From Octopus bimaculoides (taxonomy: Eukaryota), in assembly GCF_001194135.2 (NCBI RefSeq), contig NC_068985.1, positions 114,328,481 through 114,366,641 of the forward strand: 38,161 nucleotides of DNA. The letters run 5' to 3'. Shown piece after piece: positions 24,331 to 35,090 of this stretch. The translations under genes were made by a program, and so were the position numbers. Numbering within the stretch: position 1 is the stretch's first letter; each line of letters opens with the position of its first letter. The notes under the pieces were generated by a model. That model searched no databases. It saw only the letters and a list, made by a program, of their open reading frames with translations, and was not told the DNA's origin.

Positions 24331-25699
24331 GCTAGGCATGGCAGTGACCATTTACAAACAAACTACCAAGCGATGTCAAGACAAGGAGACACAAACACAC
24401 ATACATTTATAAATACGACAGGCTTAGAGTTTTGACTGCCAAATCCATCAACAAGATTCTGGTATATAAACATATACAATGTACATTGGGTGTTTGCATG
24501 AGAGCATTTTACATCCAATATAATACAGACGTTTATGATGTGTGTTTCAAGATGCATCTATGATGTGTGCTTCCAAAAGAGATTTCATATTCTCTTGAAA
24601 GCTTATCAATTTTTATGACGTCAGTCACACACACACACACACACACACATGGTTATCAGGCTACTTAGAATAAAGAGTTTAATAACCGTGGTTCTGACAA
24701 TATATTTTGTTTCCCCCGAAGGTCTTATTCATACGAAAAAAGCATAAGGTGAACAGGATTACATAAAGAGTAGCTCTGTGCAATCACCCTTATAGTTTTC
24801 TGTTCGACATATACACAGCGAAATTAAGTAAAAATATGATAGTTTCCAAAAGTATATTTTATGAAGTTACATAGATTGTATTTTAAAAATACAACCTTAA
24901 AATTTACGGACCAAGTTTAGAGTATGTACGAAGGTTATGGTGAACCTTCTATCATTGCAAAATTTGAATAAATATCATCGACGTTGAATATTCGCAGCAC
25001 GGTAACTATGTTGCGAAAGCATAAAAGAGATTTGACTTTATATATATATATAAAACACATACATACATGCTGTAATTGTATAACAGAGTACATAAAATTG
25101 TTGCAAGCCTTGGGCACAATATATGCACATACACTCACAGAAAAATCCTTTTGAATAACAAAAGGGAAAAATATCAATTGATGAAAAGATTAAGGTTTAA
25201 ATCCGGTTTCAAAGCTTTTACACACACAAACACACATACGTGTATGTATATATGACATGCTGAATTATTTAGTAGCAAAAATGTAAAGGAAAATAATAAA
25301 GAAATATAACGTACCGAAAATAATCGTTTAAATAAAAAGCAAGATATTTAAGAAAATACCATTTTTTAAAGAAATGATACAAAGGAAAAAGAAAAAAAAA
25401 AAGAAATAATCAAATATACGAAGTTAAAAATACTCAGAAACGGAAATATGTCATGAGGAAAATATCTTTTTGATGTATCGTCTGCTATATAATGGCGGCT
25501 GTGAATTATAAAGGTTTCAGGGAAAAAAAATTATATTTCCATATATAGAATGAATGAAAGAAGAAAATACTGAATGGGAAAAGAAAACATTTCATTCGAG
25601 TGTGTATATATGTAGGTAATTAGACACACGGACATATGCATATATACACACACATAAACGTGTGTGTATGAACACATACATACGCATGTCATTAAATTG

Positions 25700-25832
25700 A
25701 TGGTTGGGCACTGCCTTCAAGAATTTAGTCGAACCAATTGACCTCGGTACTTATTCTGTCTGACACTTTTGCCGAACTGCGAAGTCAAGGGTACGTGCAT
25801 ACACCAACAACGGTTGTCAAGCGGTGTCAAAG

Positions 25833-25873
<41 letters not shown>

Positions 25874-26050
25874 CGTGTGTGTGTATGTGTGTGATGGGCT
25901 TCGTTCAGTTTCCGCCGACCAAATCCACTCACAAGGCTTTGGTCGGCTTGAGGCTATGGTAGAAGACACTTCACCAAGGTGGCACACAGTAGGAGTAAAC
26001 GCGAAAACATGTGGTTGAGAAGCAAGCTTCTTACCCCACAGCCATACCTG
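25700..26050 (-). mobile_element. Family-1 SINE
   Basis: TTTTGCCGAAC...CGGTTGTCAAGCGG...CCAAATCCACTCACAAGGCTTTGGTCGGC...AAGCAAGCTTCTTACCCCACAGCC. Confidence 0.85.
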
Positions 26051-26104
26051 CATTAATATACATACATACCTGTAACCAAATATACACATATAGGTATAGT
26101 CATG

Positions 26105-26425
26105 ACAGTTTGTTTAAGAAGTTTGCTTCCAAAACACATCATTTTGATTTCAGTGCCAATATACAGCATCTTCGGCAAAAGACTTCTACTGTAAACTTCG
26201 GTTAGTGGCTTGTGCGTAAATTTCCTAGAAGGAAGCTGTATGGGAACCCGTAAGCCTGTCTGTCTGTCCCCAGTGCTCGACAACCGATGCTGCTTTGTTT
26301 ATGTACAACGGTTTGCAAAAGAGATTAGTAGAATGAAGGAGCCAGACTTAAGTACTGGAGTCGATTTGTTTGACAAATTTCCTTCTAGACCTTACCCTTA
26401 CATAGCTGCAATCAAGTAAGGAAAT
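26105..26425 (+). mobile_element. Family-1 SINE, highly degenerate
   Basis: AAGAAGTTTGCTTCC...CTCGACAACCGATGCTG...GCAAAAGAGA...AAGTACTGGAGTCGATTTG. Confidence 0.55.
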
Positions 26426-27414
26426 GAAAAAAAAAAAACATACACAACTTTTCAGAAGTACCCCTGAATAGCTGATATAAGAAAAAAAAATTACTTTTAC
26501 CGCATTTCGTTAAAGAAGTAATGTCGATGGTAAAACTGAGTTACCTGAAATGAAAATAAGCTGTAGTTTCTAACGTCGTAAGGTGACAATGAAATAAGAG
26601 TTTCTCGTGGGTTAACATTTTACAATGTTATATGAAACCGTACCTTAGGTTATCAAGCGGCGGTAGTGGGGTAACAAGTAGGACTGAACCAGGAACCATG
26701 TAGTTTGTTAAGCAAACTTTTCTTTTTTGTAGTACGCAGGTATGCATGCGTATACGAAGTTTTAAAAATATTTGATTTGATGCCTAGGTGCGCATGTCGC
26801 CTACCAAGGTGGGTTCGAGTCATGGCGAAGGTAACTGATCCAGAAGCCTAGGGTGCGTATGTTACTTGATTTGAGTTTGTGGCTAACATTTGCAGCAACT
26901 TTTTCTTGTCAACATTTGCACATGCGCACACATGAAAAAAATATGTAGCTTGTCCTACACAAGCTTTCATCACTAAAAAGAAATTATTTGTATGGGCAGT
27001 CCAACGGCATTAATTTGGCTGTTAGAGTCTTATACGTCGAAGTCGACGAGAGTACGCACTTTATGCATAAACATAAACTCTTTTCCTCCATTTTTGTTTT
27101 AGTTTTCCGAGATAAACTTTTTCTCTGTATGGGTATGCTTTTCATAGACAAGTCCATGTTGATAGATTCCAGTTCAGCACCCCCACCCCCCGGGGGATGC
27201 GGGGGAGTACTTAGGGTGGTCAGTCAACTTTTAATATAAACATATCTATCCACTTTACTTGAGTTCGGTAAAGTTAGATTAGTTTTGCAGTCTGTAAAAT
27301 ATATTTTATTAAAACTTTACGACGCTTGCCTATATATTCGTATATACTATGACAGTGGCAGATACATGATAGACTGACAGACAGATGGATGGATGGATGG
27401 ATGGACTGAGATAT

Positions 27415-27486
27415 ATAGAGAGACTGATAGATAAATAGACAGCCTGAGGAATAGAGAGACTGATAGATAAATAGACAGCCTGAGGA
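27415..27486. repeat. Exact 36-bp tandem duplication in a GATA/GACA-rich tract
   Basis: ATAGAGAGACTGATAGATAAATAGACAGCCTGAGGA x2. Confidence 0.9.
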
Positions 27487-27849
27487 ATAGATATACTGAT
27501 AAATAAGTAGAGGGACTGAGAAATAGATACAGACACTAAGAGAAGCATAAACAGACATTGTTATTTATATGTAGACGATACCAACACAAGTAAATGGCGT
27601 GTATGTTTGAGATATACTTTAATACGCATTTATTCTGCTCATTAAACTTCAATTCAATATAGAAGACACACAAGAAACATTTATTAGAAAGAAATGTGTA
27701 TGTATGTGTATATACGTGTCCATGTATGCAAAAATCTAGAAGGGGGGGGACGAGACGAAAGAGTAACTAGAGGTGGTGTGGGGGAGAGGGGGAGAGACAA
27801 GGGGGTAACGACAGAACGGAGAAATACATTGTTCGAAGGCACACCTAGC

Positions 27850-27993
27850 AGACGACACATAGCACGTGATCAAATTGGAACGACTAGACGTCACAGCATC
27901 ACGTGATCAAATGGAAATACCAGACGATACACTATCGTGTGATCAAAAGGAAAGCGTAGACGACACAGCATCACGTTATCGAATGTAAAGTAC
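27850..27993. repeat. 4 x 36-bp imperfect tandem repeat carrying E-boxes
   Basis: Units start at 27850, 27886, 27922 and 27958 (AGACG...); consensus ~AGACGACACAGCATCACGTGATCAAATGGAAAG; CACGTG at 27863 and 27900. Confidence 0.85.
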
Positions 27994-28338
27994 AGACATA
28001 ACAAGAAGAGAAGAAAAAAAACAGATAAAAGATGAGATTTGAAGATTCGATGTTATTTCTAGTTGGTTGAGAGGCACCCCCATCGTGATCTAAAATAGTT
28101 TTCGTTGTTGGCAGAGATCCTCACAAACTATAAACCTTAGACATCTTTTCTGTATTCTTCTCAGAGCTCGTGCGTGGTTATGGTACTCGCTTTGCAGCTG
28201 TGTAGTTTCTCGCTTGTGTCTTTCTACTATAGCTCCAAACAGGCCGAATATCGAAACCGGTTTGATATTTGAATAAATCTATAACAAAATGTAAAACCGA
28301 CTATATGTTTTGAGATTCGGGTGCATTTTCAAAAGCCC

Positions 28339-28697
28339 CTAGCTTGCTTACCAACCACAAGGCTCCGAGTTCAAGTCCCACTGCGTGGCACCTTGGGCAA
28401 GTGTCTTCTACTTCTACTAAGTGTCTCGGGCCGACCAAAGCCTTGTGAGTGGATTAGGTAGACGGAAACTGAAAGAAGCCCGTCGTATATATGTATATAT
28501 ATGTGTGTGTGTGTGTCCGTTCCCCCAACATCGCTTAACCGATGTTGGTGTGTTTATGTCCCCGTAACTTAGCGGTTCGGCAAAAGAGACCGATAGAATA
28601 AGTACTAGGCTTACAAAGAATAAGTCTTGGGGTCGATTTGTTCGACTAAAGGCGGTGCTCCAGCATGGCCGCAGTCAAATGACTGAAACAAATAAAA

Positions 28698-28700
<3 letters not shown>
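28339..28700 (+). mobile_element. Family-1 SINE, 5'-truncated, CpG-intact
   Basis: CACTGCGTGGCACCTTGGGCAAGTG...GTAGACGGAAACTGAAAGAAGCCCGTCG...GGCGGTGCTCCAGCATGGCCGCAGTC. Confidence 0.9.
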
Positions 28701-28738
<38 letters not shown>

Positions 28739-28756
28739 GATGTATGCATTTTGATG

Positions 28757-28975
28757 TTTACCACCACCACCACCGCTTGACAACCGGTGTTGGTTTGTTT
28801 ACGCACCCGCAGCTACGCGGTTCGGCTGATGTTTTTAATACAATAAGTAACAGACTTGAAAAAAGCACTGCAGTCGAGTACTGGAGTTGATATGAGTTCA
28901 AACTAAAACCCTTCAATTCAGTGGCCTCAGCCCAACCACAGTCCAATGACAAACAATGAAATAGATAAAATGAGA
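28757..28975 (+). mobile_element. Family-1 SINE, 3' half
   Basis: CACCGCTTGACAACCGGTGTTGG...CGGTTCGGC...GAGTACTGGAGTTGAT...AAAACCCTTCAA...CAGTCCAATGAC. Confidence 0.65.
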
Positions 28976-29964
28976 TGTGATCTTGCAAGTTAATTACCCA
29001 AATCACATGGATTTTTTGGACAAATCACTTATAAGAAAAAAACTGCTAACCACTACAGATCAACATTTTAAGTAATTTTAGATAATCAGATCCTATTAAT
29101 TTTCTTCTACCTTTTGTATAAAGGAAAGAAAAATAAATCAGGCTTTGCGAGTCAAATGAGAAAAAAAAATCCAAAGCTAGTGTATCCGTACATTATATAC
29201 GTATGATGTAGGAGGTGTTAAGAGGTGTATTTAAGGTGCCGGATTATTAACCAAATACAAATCGCAAGTCTAAATCTTTATACGCCCTCTGTATTATTAT
29301 CGTGGGAAATAAAGGCATATTAAATCTACTTGCCTTTCTAAAAACAAACTGCAAACTTCACACTTGAATGACTTAGCAAGCAGCAAAAGGTCTTGAAGTA
29401 ATAATAATGATAAAAAAAAAACAGAAGAGAAAAAAAAAACGATTGCTCCAAGGAAAAACCATTTTCATGGAAGCATGGACGTAAAAATAGCGAAAATACC
29501 CCATTAAGAAGAGGTTGTGGTGGTAGTAATAATAGAAGGTGACATGTCACGCAAACAGAGTCGATATACGATATAGATAGATACTGCTTATATACAGGAA
29601 TCTGCTTGAACCTTTCTTGATGCTGTGTTTTCAGGCTTGAATGCAGAGGAAAGCTTTGAAGGTTTGTGGTTTGGAACTGGCTGATAGGAAGGACAGATGC
29701 TTATCAATTGAGGGAATTCTTTGGGAATATTTCTTTCTTTTAAGAATATGTCGAGTGAGTAATATATAAAAGGGTTTTGGTTTACGATTGTGTAAAACAC
29801 ACCATGTGTCATACATGTAACTATGCTTGTTGTTCAATGTGTGTGAGGGGACACACACACACAGGATAATCGATAACGAACGAAGAATTCAAACACAAAA
29901 AAAAAACAACAGAAATCCAAAGGACGTTCACGGAGCTTGAAGCTCGAAGAAAGTAATGAAGGGG

Positions 29965-29966
<2 letters not shown>

Positions 29967-30016
<50 letters not shown>
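29967..30016. repeat. (GT)n microsatellite
   Basis: Read directly. Confidence 0.95.
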
Positions 30017-30020
<4 letters not shown>

Positions 30021-30257
30021 ACACGCGCGCGTAAACGTTCACACATACTGCTATAATATACACTCGCATCTCGTACATATAAGGCATAAATAAACACACC
30101 AAACTATATGAAATAGCTGATACTTCGGATGGCAGCCAGGAGGATCCCCTATGCGGTCGTTTGACCGGCTAGAAATACCAACCAAATAGAAATAACCTCC
30201 CAGTCACACACCTGCCGTCTTGATAAGGGAAAAAAGATAGGCAATCAAAGCAGGAAT

Positions 30258-30445
30258 GGTAATTTTTCAGATTAACACCCGCACGATCTTCACTAGGGTG
30301 TTAGGGTTAGGGTCTTAGGGTCAGGGTTAGGGTATTCCGTCCCTAACCGTAACCCTAAACACTAACCCTAACCCTGAAACTAACCCTAAAACCCTAACCC
30401 TGACACCCTAGTGAAGATCGTGCGGGTGTTAATATGAAAAATTAC
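30258..30445. mobile_element. 188-bp foldback (Mutator-like) MITE filled with telomeric hexamers
   Basis: ~64-bp arms beginning GTAATTTTTCA(G/T)ATTAACACCCGCACGATCTTCACTAGGGTGT, 4 mismatches by eye; TTAGGG-like repeats on the left, CCCTAA-like on the right; 9-bp direct repeat AGCAGGAAT at 30249-30257 and 30446-30454. Confidence 0.85.
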
Positions 30446-30884
30446 AGCAGGAATTCCATTTTATTCAGTTAGAACTTTCACGAGACTAAAATAACGAAGA
30501 TGTACGTGGTAACTCGATCTGCTAGATATAGCTACCAAATTTTCTCAAATTAGTCCACACGATAAAAGAAATGCAAGTCAGTGGTAACGGCTAGAAGCTT
30601 TTTCAGGCCTTTTCAATGCAAATAGGTAGGGAAAATCTGGATCTATATGGTTGCTTAACTTGGCAGAAACAACTGGTAAATGATCCTCAAATTTCGTGAA
30701 GCTGTTTTTAAAAGGAAAGATACGTATTCAGGATAATGTAGTTCTGAACAAAGGTGGATGGGCATTTCTCGAGCGTAGTTGACACAATTCAGTTCAAGTA
30801 ATGGAAATTATTATTATTTTTTTTTAAGTGGAGGTAAAAAAAAATAAAGGTAAGAAAGAAAACACGATTGAGGTAGGAGGAAAG

Positions 30885-31195
30885 TTAATTAACTGGTGCT
30901 TTGTTTTACTGAAACCAGAAGGATGTCAGCAAAGCTGGCCTCGGTAGGATTTGAACTCAGAATGTAAAGAATGAGAATAAATACCACTAAGCCATTTATC
31001 CAACGCTTTAACGATTCTACTAATCTACTGCTTCTAACATTGGTGCAATGCCAGAAACTTTGAAGGGGAGAAGGTTTGCTTATTATTATCAATTACAGTT
31101 CTTCGTATCTTATTTTATCTTTATCGACTCCCGCACCCAGAAGAAATATAGGACAACGTTGACATTGGTGGGATTAGAACCCAGAACGCAGTGGC
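30885..31195 (-). mobile_element. Two degenerate family-2 SINE copies
   Basis: AGAAGGATG...CAAAGCTGGCCTCGGTAGGATTTGAACTCAGAATGTAAAGA...CACTAAGCCATTT...TTAACGATTC. Confidence 0.55.
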
Positions 31196-32223
31196 CTGTC
31201 TTCATGGAGATATGACCGAGCTAACAGATAAAGCTATTTTCGAGTCAGAGCTCTGATATAGTCAAGTGTCAAATTACTCCCAAGGAGAGCATTTCTACCG
31301 TTATCTATTAGGGCCACGACTACGCTATCAAATAGAGGAATATTTAGCTGATATTTCTAGCAAGTCAAATGACTTCATAAAGGTTGTCCGACCTGCTACA
31401 CAAACAAAATTAGTGTTGATTCTTAATATATAAACCTATGCTGTTTATATTTGTGTACGTGTGTGTTTGAATGTGTGTGTGAGAGAGAGAGAGAGTATGT
31501 GAGAGAGAGGAAGAATGTATGAGAGACAATGTATGAGTGAGAGAGAGAGAGACAGAAAAGCGTCGTGTTTGATATAGAAATCCGAACCAATATTGCGCGT
31601 ACGCTCGGCGTTCAGAGAGAGAAAGAGAGAAGGATGGAGTAATAGAGAGAGAAACAGACTTAGAACAGTGAGAGAAGAGTGGATAAAAAATCACAGGACT
31701 CAAATCTCAAGCAACAGTCGTTAGTTTAATAAGGGCTTTCGGTTTATCAGTGACATGATTGGAGTAAGTGTATGTAGAGGAAAAGGTTAATGGAGGGCAA
31801 GAAGAGGAAGAATGAAAGAAGATAACGAAAAAGAAAGAAATGGAGAAGAGAAAGAAAAGAGAGCGGTGCCATCCGAAAGAAACGAAGATAGACTTGCATA
31901 ATTAAGTGGACACAGACAGAACCGGTGTCGTTCAGAAAACAGTCCTCTACCATCACCCGTCGTCAGCCGCAATCCACCACCGTCTTCCAGTAAGTAAAGC
32001 TAATGAAATCAGACTGAATTCATCCAGCCATGTACACAGCGAGTCTTTTCTTTTAAATATATATCGATTGACAGCATGGAAAACAAAAAACAAAATGATG
32101 ATGAGAGAGACTTAAGGTAAAGATAAGAATGAAAATGAAGGACGAAGTGGGAGGAAGACAAGGATTAGGGTGGAAATCAAGAATGATGGGGTGGGGGAAG
32201 AAAAATGTGGAAGATGAGGGTGT

Positions 32224-32390
32224 GTGATTGCGTGGTAAGAAGTTTGTTTACCAACCACACGGTTCTTGGGTTCAGTCCCACTGTGTGGCATCTTGGGCAA
32301 GTGGCTTCTACTACAGCCCCGAGTCAAAGAAAGCCTTGTGAGTCGATTTAGCAAACTGAAAGAAGCCCGTTATGTGTGTGTGTGTGGGGG
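32224..32390 (+). mobile_element. Family-1 SINE, 5' half
   Basis: GCGTGGTAAGAAGTTTG...GGGTTCAGTCCCACTG...TTGGGCAAGTGG...AAACTGAAAGAAGCCCG. Confidence 0.8.
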
Positions 32391-32719
32391 GGTCTTTTCT
32401 CTTTTACTTGTTTCAGTCATTTAGATTGTAGCCATGCTGCAGCAATGCCATTATATATANNNNNNNNNNNNNNNNNNNNNNNNNNNNNNNNNNNNNNNNN
32501 NNNNNNNNNNNNNNNNNNNNNNNNNNNNNNNNNNNNNNNNNNNNNNNNNNNNNNNNNNNNNNNNNNNNNNNNNNNNNNNNNNNNNNNNNNNNNNNNNNNN
32601 NNNNNNNNNNNNNNNNNNNNNNNNNNNNNNNNNNNNNNNNNNNNNNNNNNNNNNNNNNNNNNNNNNNNNNNNNNNNNNNNNNNNNNNNNNNNNNNNCTGT
32701 TGTTTTTTCGTACATTCTC

Positions 32720-32776
<57 letters not shown>

Positions 32777-32924
32777 TACAAACACACGACTGGTTTCTTT
32801 CCGTTGCTGTCTACCAAATTCACTCACAAAGTTTTGATCAATCCTAGATTATGGCACTTGCCCAAGGTACTACACACACACACACACACACACACACACC
32901 TTAAAAATAGAGAGAGTATGAGTG

Positions 32925-33105
32925 TATATGCGTTTGTTCCCCAACACTGTTTGGCAACTGGTGTTGGTTTGTTTACGTCGGAGTAACTTAGCACTTCGGG
33001 CAAAAAAGAGACCGACAAAATTAAGTACTGGGATAGATTTAGTAAACCAAACCCTTCAAAGCAGTACTCCAGTATACCCACAGTCCAATGACTGAAACAA
33101 GTAAA
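32925..33105 (+). mobile_element. Family-1 SINE, 3' half
   Basis: TTTGTTCCCCAACAC...GTAACTTAGC...AAAAGAGACCGAC...CAGTCCAATGACTGAAACAAGTAAAA. Confidence 0.7.
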
Positions 33106-33536
33106 ATATATACATACGTGCACACATACGTACATACATACATATATATATATATATGATGTGGGAGGAAGATAAGGGTGAAAGTGGAAGGAAAATGAGG
33201 GGAATAATTATGTATTCAGGAAAAGACCCATGCATGTAAACGTAGATGTTAAAACGATGACGATGATCAGCTCAGCCTGTTTCAGATTAGACTGGCCTGT
33301 CCAAATTTTCACAACAGCGCTATCGTTAGCATCTCAGAGATTGGATAAATAAAATAAAAATGTAGATATAGGCTAAACATACGAGTTTGAGTGCTTTTAC
33401 TAAACCGGTTCTAAGCCTTGTTGTAAAAAGTAGATTGCTACTTGTACAACGATAGAAGAAAAAATGGCACAAATTAAGCGGTTTGGTTTGGGGGGGGGGG
33501 CAAACAGACACACAAAGATTACACACACGCAGAAAA

Positions 33537-33930
33537 TCTTTTCTGTTTGGCTGCCACTTTTCAATATATTCTATTTTTGTTCCATTTGATTTCATATTTG
33601 ATGTATTGATGTAGTTTTGTATGATAATCATTGACATGAAATTTATTTTCGCCATAGATCAATAAATAAAGAGTTAATAGCTGTTAAAGTTTGCAAATTT
33701 TGGATAATTTTAGCCAGTCTAAAGCCACAGATATATAGGTGCCTGTTTCCTTAATAACAAGCCAGGCTGCTTACCCACAAAGTCATTTTTTGCTTGTTAA
33801 ATGCTCAAAACACACGTGGTACGAAGTGAATTAGCCCCTGACATTCAGCATGGAAAATTACATCAATACACCAAATTTTAAAATTTTTACAAAATTTACA
33901 ATTTCTACAGGTGCAGCCAAACAGAAAAGA
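33537..33930. mobile_element. Putative ~390-bp TIR-bounded insertion inside a minus-strand family-1 SINE
   Basis: Perfect 18-bp inverted repeat TCTTTTCTGTTTGGCTGC (33537-33554) / GCAGCCAAACAGAAAAGA (33913-33930); ACACACACG on both outer sides (33521-33529, 33932-33940). Confidence 0.5.
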
Positions 33931-33931
33931 C

Positions 33932-34095
33932 ACACACACGACAGGCTTACACAGTTTTCATCATACAACTTCATTCACAAGGTATTGGTTGGCCCGAGGC
34001 TATAGAAGACATTTGCCCAAGGTGCTTGCGCAGTGGGACTTAAACCCCAAACCAAAGAGTTACAAAGCGAGTCAATTATACAAACATGCCATTGC
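33932..34095 (-). mobile_element. Family-1 SINE, 5' half
   Basis: TTCACAAGG...GGCCCGAGGCTATAGAAGACATTTGCCCAAGGTG...GCAGTGGGACT. Confidence 0.7.
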
Positions 34096-34764
34096 CTACT
34101 TACAGAAAATGATTAGAATATATGATTAGTAATTGAGCTAATGTTATCTTTTTCCTAAAACATAATTATTTCCAATTAGATATTCGATGCTCACAACATT
34201 AAATATGTTAACACTAAACTATTTAGAAATATATATATATGTTTACGTTTAACATTTGACAAGTTATGCGACTATTATGTTTCCGTATAACGTAAAAACC
34301 CGTTGCAGTGTCAGGTTTATAAAAGAGAAAGGTGAGCGGGTACGGTGTGTCTGTATACACACAAACACACACACACACACATTCACTCATGCAAGAGAAT
34401 AAACCACACCCAATAGAAATGACAGTCATCTAAATGAAAGTAAACATACTATTAAGTAATCAGATATTACCAGTTAGTCACATACACACACAATGAGGAG
34501 TTGCACATAGCTGAAGAAAGAGGGGAGAAAATGTATAGACTAGGAGTCCTGAACCGTCGCCCACCATGACCCATCTAATTAGTAATTCCATTTATTTATA
34601 TTAAAAAAAAACAACAACCAAAAAAAGTTAAATTCAAAAATTAATAGTGTTGATATTTGAAATATTTCCCAGTTTAGTGGGATTTTGATTGGCGGTGGTG
34701 GTGGAAAGTTACGTTGTTTTAGCCGTGTAGCCTTCAGGATTTGGGTTCGTTCTTTGCACAGACG

Positions 34765-35090
34765 TGACTGCGTGTAAGTTTGCTTCCCAACCACATGGTT
34801 CCAGATTCAGTTCCACTGCGTTGGACCTTGGGGAAGTGTTTCCTACTGTACCCTTGATCCTTGAGCCCAACCAAAGCCTTAGGTGTAGATTTAGTAAACA
34901 GAAATTGAAAGAAACCCGTCGCATATTATAGACCCCCCACCGCTTGACAATCAACGCCTGTGTGTTTACATTCCCGTAACTTAGTGGTTCAGCAAAAGAG
35001 ACCGATAGAATAAGTACCGGGCTTAAAAAGAAAAAGAAAATTCTGCAAGTTGTTGCTCCAGCATGGCCGCTGGCTGAAGCATGTAAAAGA
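34765..35090 (+). mobile_element. Family-1 SINE
   Basis: GTAAGTTTGCTTCCCAACCACATGGTTCC...CCGCTTGACAA...GCAAAAGAGACCGATAGAATAAGTACC...GCTCCAGCATGGCCGC. Confidence 0.8.

Noticed and set aside
27850-27999. CRISPR-like interpretation of the 36-bp repeats
   Set aside because: Units are contiguous with no unique spacers, the context is eukaryotic, and no cas genes are present.
29635-29754. + strand AG...GTGAGT-bounded 120-nt segment
   Set aside because: Stops in all three frames and no recognisable product; cannot be told apart from chance splice motifs.
30298-30408. Ancestral telomere-telomere fusion site
   Set aside because: The repeats are enclosed by unique inverted arms and a 9-bp target duplication, which fits a transposon better.
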